From Flectonema sp. DT1601 (taxonomy: Eukaryota), in contig OZ025782.1 in assembly GCA_964019425.1 (NCBI GenBank), positions 372,001 through 436,000 of the forward strand: a stretch of 64,000 bases of DNA. The letters run 5' to 3'. Position numbers and translations under genes: made by a program. Positions 49,421 to 61,817 of this stretch are shown piece by piece (the stretch's first letter is position 1; each line of letters begins with the position of its first letter). The notes under the pieces are model-generated. The model was given only the letters and a program-made list of their open reading frames with translations. It was not told where the DNA came from and ran no database searches.

Positions 49421-50428
49421 CTATTGAGTCAGAGGTGCTCCGACACGCAGACACACACCTGTGGACTTCTCACTCTCTTCGATAAGAAGAACTTTATTAC
49501 AACTACTAGTGCAGAGTGTTTCAGGGATGAACTTTTTAGTAGGACCTCTAATTGAGTTTCTACTTGGTCCCCAGAACTCTCCAGAATGAACATTAACTCC
49601 ACACATACACTGAATTAGATGGTGTGCTCCGTCTTCAGGTGATTGAGCTATTCGAGATAACATTTTTAACATTATTTTGCTTCCGGATTTGGAAGAGGTT
49701 GCCTGTAAACCAGTTGCGGTAATCCCCGGATGACAAACAACTGATTTAATGGAAGAACTGGCCTCTTGCAACACGTCATGCAGAGCAAAGCCGAAAACGG
49801 CATTCGCTAATTTTGATTGTTGGTATCGAAGGTACCTTGCTTTTGCTGAATTCCCTCCGAGATTTCCACCAAGTTTTTGAAAAAATTTCGATTCAAGATT
49901 TTTTGATGGGCGTTTTCTATTTCCAGATGACTGGTTTACGATCCTTGACTCGCCGCGAAGGTGAGCTGCGATTTCTAGTTCACTGAGCAGCTCTGATGTG
50001 AGTATGAAGTGGCTTAAGTGATTTGTTTGCATTTGAATATCAAACCCATCCCCAGTCGCAACATCATCGAATGCCATAATACCAGCGTTGTTAGCGAGTA
50101 CGTCGAGACCTTGTCCTCCAAATAGTTTTTTATAATCATCAGCTGCCTTTCTTACTGAACTAAAGGATGTTAAATCGCATTCGATTGAAGTAATTTCGAT
50201 GTCAGGAAAGTCACTCTTCAGCTGAGCAATTGAATTATCAGCCCTCTCTGACTTTCGATTTAACAGAACAAGATTTCCTCCTAAAGTTGCAATACTTTTA
50301 GCGACAACATTTCCAATACCAGTTGTTGTTCCTGTTATCAATACTCTCTTTCCAACCATTGAAGGAAGCGTTTCAAAAAATCGATCAAATTGAACAGACT
50401 TCACCTTCTGAGATGAACTGTTTCCCAT
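49421..50428 (-). CDS. Short-chain dehydrogenase/reductase, SDR3 (mosaic of SDR1 and SDR2)
   Basis: SDR2-like ends with the SDR1-type internal segment VVAKSIATLGGNLVLLNRKSERADNSIAQLKSD. Confidence 0.92.
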   Translation of the reverse strand: MGNSSSQKVKSVQFDRFFETLPSMVGKRVLITGTTTGIGNVVAKSIATLGGNLVLLNRKSERADNSIAQLKSDFPDIEITSIECDLTSFSSVRKAADDYKKLFGGQGLDVLANNAGIMAFDDVATGDGFDIQMQTNHLSHFILTSELLSELEIAAHLRGESRIVNQSSGNRKRPSKNLESKFFQKLGGNLGGNSAKARYLRYQQSKLANAVFGFALHDVLQEASSSIKSVVCHPGITATGLQATSSKSGSKIMLKMLSRIAQSPEDGAHHLIQCMCGVNVHSGEFWGPSRNSIRGPTKKFIPETLCTSSCNKVLLIEESEKSTGVCLRVGAPLTQ

Positions 50429-50686
50429 ATTATAAATATTAGAACTTAATAAAAACTGCGTCATTGAGGGGGGGGGGGATGAGGAATATAATAATTTTAA
50501 AAAACTGTACTGCATCATAAAACATCTACTAAGGACACAATAAACCTGGTGATGAATTCAGAACTGGAGTCAGATACTTCCTTTGTCATCGAGGAAGAAG
50601 AAACATTGATACTGTAATTAAACTGAAAGCAACTTGAAACTGGATGTAAAAAACTGGATGTAAAAAAGACCAACCGGAAGAGTTGT

Positions 50687-51145
50687 TTACTTACCATCCA
50701 TACGAGGGCGGGATGATGGTGGAGATCCTCCCAGATCGAAAGACTCGGGTAGCTGTACCGCCATTTTGTTATCTCCTCCAACCCATCCCAGCATAGGACC
50801 GTTGCATAGCATTCCAAAAGATGGTCGACCTCCTACGGTTGTTTTTTTTAACTGCACGTCTTCACCGTCCATTTCAACTGTCGCGCCAACAGTGGCGACT
50901 ACTGTGCGGAGACCGTCTTTTGCGTTTGGAGCGTTCGATACAACAGATATTTCCTCACCACCGATATCGATTTTAACTTCTCTTAATTTTGTTTTTGGAA
51001 TGTCTTTAGACTCAGTTATAATTCCTATTTTGTATCCGTCAAACTTCGGATCAACGAATGCCGGTTTTGGTTCTCCACAAGCAATGCACTCTTCTTCTTC
51101 AGCATCGTTAGGCTGTTCACACTCTTCACATTCCCATTCTGACAT
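50687..51145 (-). CDS. RanBP2-type zinc finger + tRNA-binding OB-fold (PheT-B2/EMAPII-like) protein
   Basis: W-x-C-x2-C-x3-N-x6-C-x2-C followed by KLREVKIDIGG...VVSNAPN...VVATVGA...SFGMLC. Confidence 0.88.
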   Translation of the reverse strand: MSEWECEECEQPNDAEEEECIACGEPKPAFVDPKFDGYKIGIITESKDIPKTKLREVKIDIGGEEISVVSNAPNAKDGLRTVVATVGATVEMDGEDVQLKKTTVGGRPSFGMLCNGPMLGWVGGDNKMAVQLPESFDLGGSPPSSRPRMDGK

Positions 51146-51394
51146 TGTTTTGTTTTAAGAAGTTTTTTTTGAGTATTTCCTTTATTTTTTTTCAAAAAAA
51201 ATAAAAAAATGAGTTATTATAAGAAGTATATGTTTATAATTAGCCATCAAAATATATGAAGCCATCGATTGATATCCACGTTTGACTGTGTTGCTAAAAA
51301 ACAGTTGTTCGGTACTCGATAGAATGAACTATTATCGTTGGATTCGATTAAAATAATCAGTGAAATATAAACCATACTACTTCTCTTGAGTAAT

Positions 51395-52383
51395 CTATGC
51401 AGCGTTGTATTTTCTCTCTACTGCATTTCCAGCGGATGTACAAAGACAACGAAGAGAATATTTATTAAAAGAATGGTACAGTGGTCCTGTCACGTGGTTT
51501 TCATCAGGAAGGAATCCAGAGTTTTGTGAAACAGCCTGTTTTTTTTTTTTTTTTTGATTTTTTGTATATTTAAGAAGAAAATTTTTTTTAAAAAAAAAAA
51601 AAAATAGCAACAACAAACATAGTGCATTCGAAGGTTGCAGTACCCTCTTCCAGAAGTCGCTGATAAAATATAAACACGACCTTCCCACGGATCAGGAGCA
51701 ATGACTAAGGAACGTCCTCCAAGTTCTGTTGTTGTTCGGCCTCCGATCCTCCTACGGGCAGCAATATTTTCTTCACCACATCTACGATGTACGAAGTATC
51801 CCCCGATAACATCACCAGGATATGATTGTATTGGTGCTGATGGTTCCGAAGGTGTTTTCGAGAATGGCCACCACGATGACTTTTTAATCTCAATTTTTTC
51901 CACATTTTTTTCACTAACCTCATCATATCCATACTCAGAAGGCGGGAGGAAGTTACATGATTCCACCTGCTCTTTAGTTATTATATCTAGTGGTTCATCT
52001 AATCCCCTTTCACGAGCATCAAAGTATCTAAATTTCGACAACATGAATCCCCTTGCGAATTCGTTTAATATTTCTTCAGTTGACGGTTCCTTCCCAAAGG
52101 GAAGTTTACATTGATATTGAATACCTACTTTATATCCGATTTCAGATCCCAACATATGGCAATACCAGTCCATTAATCTGTCTACAGTTTGAAGGTATTG
52201 GACGGGTGTTCTCATTTGCATTCCTCCTTCTAAGTTAGTTTTTCTATTGTACCAAACAAAGCTAACAAGTGATACGAATCCAGCCTTGAATCCAAACCGC
52301 ATTAATCTAGCGCCGGTGTTTCTACTTCCGAAATCGAGGGTTGCACCCTGCTCGAAAATAGTTGGTCCTCGAAAAGACGACAT
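51395..52383 (-). CDS. Hypothetical protein; exons 51619-52383 and 51395-51535
   Basis: A GT-AG intron at 51536-51618 removes the low-complexity stretch and joins two track ORFs in frame (...NLRMHY|AVSQNSGF...). Confidence 0.78.
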
Positions 52384-52777
52384 AATTTATAATTTCTTTT
52401 GAGTTTACTGAAAAATGGAGAATAACAGTGAGGAGTGAGTAACCTTTTTTTCGAGAATAATCTAAAACACCTCTTCACCTCTACCATTGCTTGATTTTAA
52501 CATTAGTTTTTAGATGCAGTGAAGTAATTTATTTAGGGTTTCGAGAGTAATCCATATACCCCTCTTTACCTCTATTCTCTCATAGAAAAAAAGAGTATAT
52601 TATGACTGAGTGGGGGGGATGTAAGATGATTCATAAAAATGAAACTAAAAAAAGAAAAAACTTGAATCTAATTCAGTTGCAGGACGCCGTTCGTGCAAAG
52701 CAAATGTCCAAAACAAACAAAAAAAACCGACTTCACCAACAAACTGATTACACCGTGTAAGTAGTGTACCAGTTGTG

Positions 52778-53251
52778 CTACGTGATTGGTACTAAGGATG
52801 CTTTTAGAACTGGAAGCTTACCAAGACTGTTGTTTTTGTTTTTTTTTTTTGTTTTTTTTTTTGAAAACAAAATATCAAAATTTCAGCTACAAAAAAAAAA
52901 CCCCACATACCCATTTTTTTTTTTTAACATCACACATTCTCCATCGGTTCCCATTAAACAAGTTTTCTTAAGGGAAGTTAAACCAGCACCAGTACCTGTG
53001 TTTGGATAAGAATGTAATAAAGGTCGTTGTATCGGTGATGAGATGAGTGATAATCACACTCACATACCCTGAGATAAAGCTGCTTCGAAATCTGGTTTTA
53101 CTTTACGAACACCAAGCTGTTGGGGCGAAGCTTTTGATAATATTAATTGCGCACCACTTGAGGAACTCGCTGGTAGTGATCCACACCCTGACGCCGTGTA
53201 GATCGCCGACACCGCCTCACAGAAATGTTTATCACGACTTCCAAAAGCCAT
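52778..53251 (-). CDS. Small hypothetical spliced protein (~105 aa); exons 53068-53251, 52911-52995, 52778-52826
   Basis: Two GTATGT...CAG introns give a continuous frame MAFGSRDK...LSQG|TGAGL...KKNG|LGKLPVLKASLVPIT*. Confidence 0.55.
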
Positions 53252-55595
53252 GTTTTTTTTCTTTGTGTGTTGTGTTGTGTAAGCTGAAATTAGTGAAATA
53301 GAATTCCAATTACTCTCTATGAGAGATTAGACAAACAGCTCAGTTTGGTGGAAGTAGTAAAACTTGAAACTGACTTCCAGTAGTAACAAGATGACGAATT
53401 ATCTTTCTTTGTTAAGTAATTCCTGTTGAGGAGTGAAACGTACTTCATTCATTCTATTCGTGTGTGAGTGATGTTTCTCTGAAATCCCTGCAAACACCTC
53501 ATCTATTTATGTATCCCTGCATGTTAATTATTCATAATACGAAAAACGAAATAAATAAATAAAAGAAAAGTAACAACAAACAATCGAATATAAAGCTGGG
53601 ACTACCAAAAGAGAGGGACGAACGTAGGAAGACTTATTCTAGTGCGAGACAAGAGAATAAATAACTTTTATATGGAAAAAAAAAAATAATAATTAAAATA
53701 AAAATAAAAATAACAAATTGTTAAGACACCAAACAATTTTGAGAAATTCTCTGTCGGAACTCAAGTGATACAAATATTTGTGATAAGATGGTAAACTTAA
53801 ATAAACAATCTGGTAACAAATGAGGAGGAGTTTCTTGTTTTGATTTCGTACATTGGTGAGCGTAACGAGGTTTGCGGGTTTTTTCGGGTCACAGTATCAG
53901 GGAAGTCAAAACCTCCGGGAAGCTCACAGTAAATTCGATACCACAACACGCGAGACCCTCACAACCGAGGAGAGACGTGAGCTAATCAGAAGTAACGATC
54001 TATACACAAACGTTTCGATAGCTGGTGGGTGTAGAATCGAGGGGGGTAACTTTATACTAATATTAAAATGGAAGGCAACTTGAAACTGGCTAAAACGAGA
54101 ATAGAGTTCGGCCAATATAGCAGGGGGGCTAACTGTTTTTTTTGATCATATATTTATAGTAATAATAATATCTGTATTGTTATAATAAAAACGCATAAGC
54201 GCCAGTTATGATACAGTCGACTAAAAGGTAAACACTCCGCAGGTTGACATAGAGAGTTTCTAACTCAGATGCAGAGCACTGAATTTGAAGGGAATTGAGG
54301 GGGGATAACTGTTTTTTTAATGATATAACCGTTGTTGTATCAAAAGGTAGACTAATACAAACAATTAGTAATTTATGATACATGTTGACTACGTGATTAC
54401 AGGGGGGGGGTTAAGAAGAGAGAAAGAAAATAACCATCCCCCTCCCTAAGCAAGATTCACTTGCAACAGTAAGAAAACAAAATTTAAAAAAAAAAAAAAA
54501 AAAAAAATCAGAAATCAGAAATCAGAAATTCAACCAAAGCCATCACGATACAACAATATGGTTTTTTCACTAACATAAAAAAAAATTTAAAAAAAAAAAT
54601 CGTGAAATCGCAAAAAAAAAAAAAAAAAAAAGTAATAAAAAGAGAGGGAACAAAAAAAAATTCCTTACATTTTTTTTTTTTTTTTGACAGCTACAACCTT
54701 CCAGCAAGAATATATAGAGGTGAGCTTGCTCAGTACTTGGATGCAGGAAAACTAATTTCTTTCATCCCTTCGATAGAAGGATATTTCAAAAACATAAATG
54801 GGGTTCTACAGACCGTGTAGGATACGTTATGCACGAGGGCAAAGTTCTGTAACCAGACGTCTAAAACACGGATCAATCAGTTTAGTCAGTAAAAACACAA
54901 TTAATTACATAATATTAATAGCAACTAATTGCAGACAAGAGGAAGAGGAATGAGATTCCCAATCTAAACAACAGAAGGAAAGGGAAAAAAAAAAAGAAGG
55001 GAAATAAAAAAAAAAATCATTTCCCCCTCAACTAAATAGAAGTGATATGCGAAACATTAAAATTGTAGTAACCAGAATTAAGCAGTGTGAACGCCTATTT
55101 TATGCAACCGAGTAACAGTTAAGCGAACTCTCCAAAAGAAAGGGGGAAAAAAAAGTTTCAACACGGGCTACTACATCAGAGATACGTAGCCTCATTGCTT
55201 ATCTTGGAGAGGAGAAAAGAAAAAAAAGAAATATCAGATAGCCTAAATTGTCTTTGAGCTACCAACAAACCTAATTTGGTTTACATTACTCTGAGACTTA
55301 CCTTATACGTAATAAAGTCTAGCGAATCTAGGATCAGGTTTAAAAAAGGCCTGAAAGCAGATCTACCACAGAAACTGATAATGCCAAGCCAAGCAAACAG
55401 AGTTTTGAGACAACAAAAAAAAAAAAAAAAAAAAAAAAAAAAAGCAAAGCAAAGAATACATCCGTTACCTTTAGAAGGGAGAGAGAAAGAACGGACCAAA
55501 ACTGTTTGATCCAATTCATGCGAACGATAGTTGTTCGTCCATTAATAATAACCTTTGTCTCTGTGCCCTGATGTGGATTCATACAAAGGATTTCC

Positions 55596-55740
55596 TATTT
55601 ATTTATTTACGAACTCCTTAGGAAGCCAAAAAAGAAATCAGGAAAAAGCTCAACAGGGTAAACAGTTAGATCGCTACCAGCCAACCGTGAGACTCTCACA
55701 GACGTGTAAGAGACGTGCAATAACCTGAAACAAATGACTT
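55596..55740 (-). mobile_element. SINE-like family A copy (5'-truncated)
   Basis: Family A body and tail. More diverged relatives near 5920, 7515, 22770, 53890 and 57855. Confidence 0.7.
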
Positions 55741-56394
55741 ATCTAAAAATATAAGGCATTAAAAATTATAAAAAAATAAAAAATTGGAAACAACAAGAGT
55801 AAATTGGCAACCAAATTTAAGATATCCTTGTCGATGTCAAGCAATTTTTTTTTTTTTTTTTTCAATTTATTTATTTATAAAAATCCCAGGAGCAGTTCTT
55901 TTGCTTTCTTTGTCAGAAGTCGGAATTCAGATTTGAGAAAAGAAAACCAGTAGGTCTTTTGAGTTTAAGAAGTTTTTTTTTTTTTTTTTTTTTTTTTTCA
56001 TCTCAAATAACAAAGAAAAGTTTCAAAAATCTGAGCCTGAGAGGCTTATTACAATAGTGGAAAGAGAAAAAAACCCGCAAAACCTTTTATTTTTTTTTAA
56101 AATTTTAAAAAATTTAAAAAAAAAAAAAAGGAAAATGGGGGGTTTCTGAATTAATGAATTAATTTCTACTAGTGAATACAAAAAAAAAAAAAAAATAATA
56201 ATAATATTCAGCTGACAAGAGATTAAAACAGGAATGAAAAAAACCTGCAAACCTGTATAAAAAAAAACAATTGTCAATAGTTAGCACTAGCTAGTTTTGT
56301 AATCCAACGTTAACCGTAGGGGATGAGCACTCAAGGGAGGTACTCACAGTAACAGAAGACCAATTCGAAACCGAATTGTGTTTTACATCAGACT

Positions 56395-56450
56395 TAGCTA
56401 GCAAAATACAAACTGTTGACTACGAGGGGTCTGGGTAGCCCGCATCAGTC
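56395..56450 (-). mobile_element. Family B, 3'-terminal fragment
   Basis: tagcaaaatacaaactgttgactacgaggggtctgggtagcccgcatcagt. Confidence 0.7.
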
Positions 56451-58542
56451 AGGACTGAGAAAACTAACTTAGATAAAATGGTATTACGATATACTTGACT
56501 ATAAAGGTAATGTCGAAATTTTGGAAAAAAAAATCCCACTTCAACAAATCCCTCATTTTTTTTATTTTTTTTTTTTGATAAAATGTTACTCAGTCCGCAA
56601 TCAAGCACAGAACTGGTATTTTTTTTTTTTTTTTTTGCATGCAGTATGATAAAATTTTATTGTTGTTTTTTTTTGTTTTTTAAATATCAAAATCAACACA
56701 AACCTCCCAGTATTATCAGGAAGAAGTGACAGGATGAGATACCTTTCTAACATACGTAGCAGGAAACATCAACCTGACTGGTAAAATGAAATCGATTCTT
56801 AAAAAAAAAAAAAAAAAGGTTGGAACCAAAATAGTTAAAAATAAGGTTTTTAACATCACGTAATGTCCACTAACATGAAACATACGTGGCATACACTCCT
56901 CATGGATAGATAGAGAAGCCCCCTCACATTACATAAATGTGAGTAGACCCAATCTTTTATAAGGATTGCTGCCTTAAAAAAAAAACCCATATAATTATCG
57001 TTTAAATAAGACAGAATGAAAAGCCAAAGGAAAAGGTTTTTTTTTCATCACGCGATGTCTACCTCAAAAATAACTGAAAACACACGTGGTCTACACTTCG
57101 TTGGAAATACACAAACAGGAGGAGGTAACCCCCAAAACTGTTGCGAAATGTCAATCCCAAGAGTGGATTAAAAGATGTGCGCCAATAAATAATTCAAAAA
57201 AAAGAAATGTGTTTTTTTTTGGTATCAGCGTATTCAGGACGAATTGACTCGGAGGAAAGAAAAGAAAATCAGATTCCGACATAACAACTGAGTAGACATA
57301 AAAAAAAGAAAAGTTTTCAACGTAAGATAACAAGTTAATTAAAGCTGATTATGATTTCAAACAGAATTGTAAACTGTAACCAACTAACGCCTTTCTTGCC
57401 TATTATGAAAGTTGTCTTTCCCCAAGTAAGTTACCATTATATATGTCGGGGTCGTCTTTAAATAATACGAAGTGAAGTACCACTACCTGTACGCAATACC
57501 TTTTTTTTTTTTTTTTTTTTTTTTAAAGTTTTTTTAATCCAACGCAAGCCGTATGCTACGAGTACTCCAGGGAGGTACTCACAGCAACAGAGGACTCAAT
57601 CTGTAGTCGTTTCCGAAGACTCAGCACCGGATAAGTACACAATAATAAAATAAGAAACTGTACTCGAAAAGAACTTTGAAACTATAGGGTAGTCCGCGTA
57701 TAAAGTAAACAAGAATTGAAGAACAGGTCGCAAAAAAAAAGAAAGAAAAAAAAACAGAAATTACATCCCAGCTGAGGACTTTGGTTATAACCCTAACTAA
57801 AGTTTTACAGCGAGTACCTCAATTGAGTTTTTTTTTTTTTTTTTTTTTTGAAAAATCAGGGAAGTCAAAAAAGACTCTGGGAAAAGCTCACAGTAGGGGT
57901 AACAATAATTCGATACCACAACACGTGAGACTCTCACAGCCGATAAATAGACGTAAGTTAACAAGTACCCACACCCCACCACATAAAAAATATAACGAAA
58001 AACTACAACTAAAAAAGAAACAAAAAAAGACAGAGAGCCAAACAATACACAAAATACAACGAGATGAGAGCAATTTCTCAATCAGATCGGCGGTCAGCAT
58101 GAACGGCTCTCTCTCAACCACGTGATAGGGGTGAAAAAACTTTTTAAAAAATGATAACTTAAATACAAAAAAAAAAAAAAAATATCAAGCACTTGCTTGA
58201 CTGGAAAAAACAAAAAAAAAAGAAATATTTGTACGTTAGAAAAAAAAATAAACACACAAATAGGAAATACATACTTCTGACCCTATAGACTTGACTATAA
58301 ATCTGGTTATTTGGGAACACTTGCTACCAGGATGATCATCCCATGCTACGTGATGCTTGATGATAAAAACAAAAAACCATTCAAATAAGCCTTATACCGA
58401 AACTATTTTAGATTAAGAGCTGTTTTAATTATAAAAGTCATGTCTTCTTATTTTTTTTTTTTCAGTTAATCGCAGACAAAAAGTATTACGGGCGCACAGG
58501 GAAATAGATAACATTTTGTCAATAATAAATAAAACGGCTTGA

Positions 58543-58607
58543 ATTAGTTTAGTTTAGTTAGCAAAATACAAACTGATGACTACGAGGGGTCTGGGTAGCC
58601 CGCATCA
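58543..58607 (-). mobile_element. Family B, 3'-terminal fragment
   Basis: (tttag)n tail plus the terminal hairpin only. Confidence 0.72.
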
Positions 58608-58636
58608 ATATGAATTCTTTTCCGACTTTTGTCGGT

Positions 58637-58674
<38 letters not shown>

Positions 58675-59034
58675 ACAGTCCGCAAATACAAGGATGAGAG
58701 CTCTTTCTCAATCAGATTGTGGTCAGCAGCCACCTCGACCACGTGGTAGGGGTGAAAAAAAGAAACTAATGTCAAAATTAGATTAGATTAATTGATTGAT
58801 TTCGTAATTTTGATATCACAACAAATACAGTGAACTATGGCAGCTACTAAAGGTATTGTGAACCATCTCAACAAAAAAAAAGAACCTTTAAAAAGTAATC
58901 ATTTTTCGTATTTAAAAAAAAAGAAAAATAATAATCCAAAATACCCTCCATGCGTATATATCCGGAGGAGGATGAAGACCATACGTAGTTTTCGTATTTT
59001 TTCTCTTTTTGTTGTTTTTAAATGTGCGTTTTAA

Positions 59035-59140
59035 CCACCAATGTCTTTATTAATCAAAAACGAGAGTGTGGGGATCGAAGATGATCAGATAACCGTCGTA
59101 GTCCACTACTGTAAACGATGTCGTCTCAGGATCGAGAGAT
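59035..59140 (+). pseudogene. Dispersed fragment of SSU (18S) rRNA
   Basis: attaatcaaaaacgagagtgtggggatcgaagatgatcagataaccgtcgtagtccactactgtaaacgatg matches the conserved 18S central region, with the GTGTGG/CCACAC-type helix seen in Euglenozoa. Confidence 0.88.
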
Positions 59141-59732
59141 ATCAAGAAAATCGAGTTTTGTCAGGCTGCCGTAGGAGAGATTTAATAAGAAAGTCGTAAG
59201 GGAGACTTGGATAAAAAAATCAAGTAGGGGAAGGGGAGTGAAAAAAAAATCGCACGCTTTTTTTTTTTTTTTTTTTTTTTTTCTCCTCCCTTTGTCAGGA
59301 TAACAGTCTCGACGATCCCTCCCACGAGTGGGAGATAAGAATATGATACGCTTGCAGGCCACGAGATCCGATTAAAAAAATGAAACTCGCAGTTCAACCA
59401 CAGGCAAAAATAATTATTATTAAAAAAAAAAAAAAAAAAAATTCTTATCACACATTCCCCAAAGCAGTTTTGTAAACAAAAAAAAAAAGTTCGGTTTTTT
59501 CATCCTGAAAAAGATGAAATCCGAAAATGTTTTTGCAACCCAAAAAACTTGCGGGCGTACTGAGCTATATTTGTTTTCATAAATAATAGGAACAATGCGG
59601 GTGAGTTTGGCAATGTAGAAAAAACATTAATAACCCTTTCTAATACTCAAAGCTAAGGCTAAAATGCCCAGGCTCAATTGTTTGTCCTAGCACAATGTGA
59701 TTTTCCCTTTTTTTTTTTTTTTTTTTTTTTTT

Positions 59733-59916
59733 TTAGTTTAGTTTAGTTAGCAAAATACAAACTGATGACTACGAGGGGTCTGGGTAGCCCGCATCAGTAA
59801 GGACCCAATCGCGAAGATTGTAGTTTCATAGTATTGGCTGGAAGTGATCGACTTCCAGCCTCCACCTTGCCCAGAGGCTAACAGGTTGTAAACAACTAAA
59901 GAAAATAAAAGAGAAA
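59733..59916 (-). mobile_element. SINE-like family B copy (slightly truncated)
   Basis: Nearly identical to 23429-23615. Confidence 0.78.
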
Positions 59917-61817
59917 TTTTAATCATTTTTTTTTTCCAAATGCAAAAAAAAAAAAAAAATGCAAATTAGGAATTGTATAGGGTAGAAAAGGCGTTTAAAA
60001 GTTATTGGGGTCAAACACCCAGAAAACCACCACCCTTGAATGAAAAAAAATTTCATTTTCGAGCCGAGTGTTCTGAAAAATGCGTAATAAACACACCTCA
60101 CAATTAATAACAGAACTTTTTTGTCTTATATTCTTAGAGAACTTTTTTTTTTTTTTTTTTTTTCAAAAAAAAAATAAATAAAACAATTAGGGAAAGAAAG
60201 AAGAATAAGAAAAAAAAAAAAAAGAGGAGGGAAAAAAAAAAACACTATCCATTGAAATTAGGGAAGACGAGACTCTCACTGGTGGTAAGATATGCTACTA
60301 TTCTTCAAAGCAAATATTGACTAAATTCGTTCCGTAGTCGACACACCAACTTTGTGGAATCTTTTTTATTTAAAAAAAATTTGAAGCAAAAAAAAGAAGA
60401 AAAAAAAAAACAATAAAATAAAATAAAACTAACAATAGGGCTTCACCAGTACTGACTGCTATGCAAAAAAAAATACCACAGCGAAGAGCGCCATTTGACA
60501 CAACAAAGCTGTGAGACCAGTCAAGCAGTGTAAAGGTGGCTACTACAGAAGAGGGGAACAACAAAAAAAAAAAAAAAAAAAAAAAGAGGTAAAACCCCGC
60601 TTGCTTTAAATGCAAGCCAAGGAAGACAAGATTACTCACATTCGGTCTTCAAACAGAACTTCGAGTGTGACAAACTGCTGTCTGACGATTCTTAATAATA
60701 ATAAAAAACATTAAAAAAATAATAATAATAATTCTGTGAAAAGAAAAAAAAAAAAAAAGAAAAAATATCGCAAAATCATAAAAAAAAAATAACAAGAATT
60801 CAGAGGAGAGGGAAGGATAAAAAAAAATAAAAAATAATTATAAATAAATTTAAAAAAAAAAGGGGGAATGGAGTGATACCGTACCAAGCATGGAATAAGA
60901 GCTTCACATGATTTTCACTACAGCTGCTTACAACGTTACAGGAAACCCAGGAATCTATTTTTTCCAACCCAAGAAATAAATTCACGAAAACCATTCCTGC
61001 TTATAATATTAGTATAAATGGCTGCCAGTTAATTTTTAAAAAAATAAACCCCCCCCCCCAACATAAAAAGTTTTTTCAATCAAAAAATGCAAAAAAAGAA
61101 AATTCGTAGGACACAACAAAACAAACAATTGGGTTGGTTTTTCGGGTTAAGATTTAAAAATCATTCTTTCTACGTGACAGGAATCCAGGAAAAAAAAAAT
61201 TTTTTTTCCAGTCCAAGAAATTCACGAGAGGTATCATCACCGTGTACAATATATTTTATCTTTTTTAGTTATTTTAATCTAACGTTGCTGTTTTTTTTAT
61301 GTTCTGAGTTTGCTACTTAACTCACAGCAAAACAAAGGTTATAAATATAATTATCTTTTTTTTGTGTTAAGAAATAAAGAGAACTTCTTAGGTACGGAAA
61401 CACTTCCACAAAAAAGGAGAAAAAAAAAAAAAAGCTGTAACAAAACATCGTCAGCCTTTTTTTATTTTTATTTTCTTTTTTTTTTTTTTTTTTTTTTCAA
61501 TAGTGAGATAAAATAATTTAAAATAAGTGGGGTGAAAAAAAAAAAAAGAACAAAAAAAAACTCAGCTAATGTGAGTTTCGCTGATGCCAAATAAAAATAA
61601 AAAAATAGTTTTTATTGTATACAAGTTGTAACTGTGTACCAGTCCCCTTGATATTTTTTTTTTTTGATAGTTTGTTTGTTTTTTGTTTTTTTCCATCATA
61701 CTTGCAAAAGGTCACAAAAAAACAATCCCGATTCGGAATGATACACCCACCGTGATGAGGGACAAGCAGCATAAAAATAATAGCGATAAATAAAACTTAA
61801 TTTGGTCTAAGAAACCA

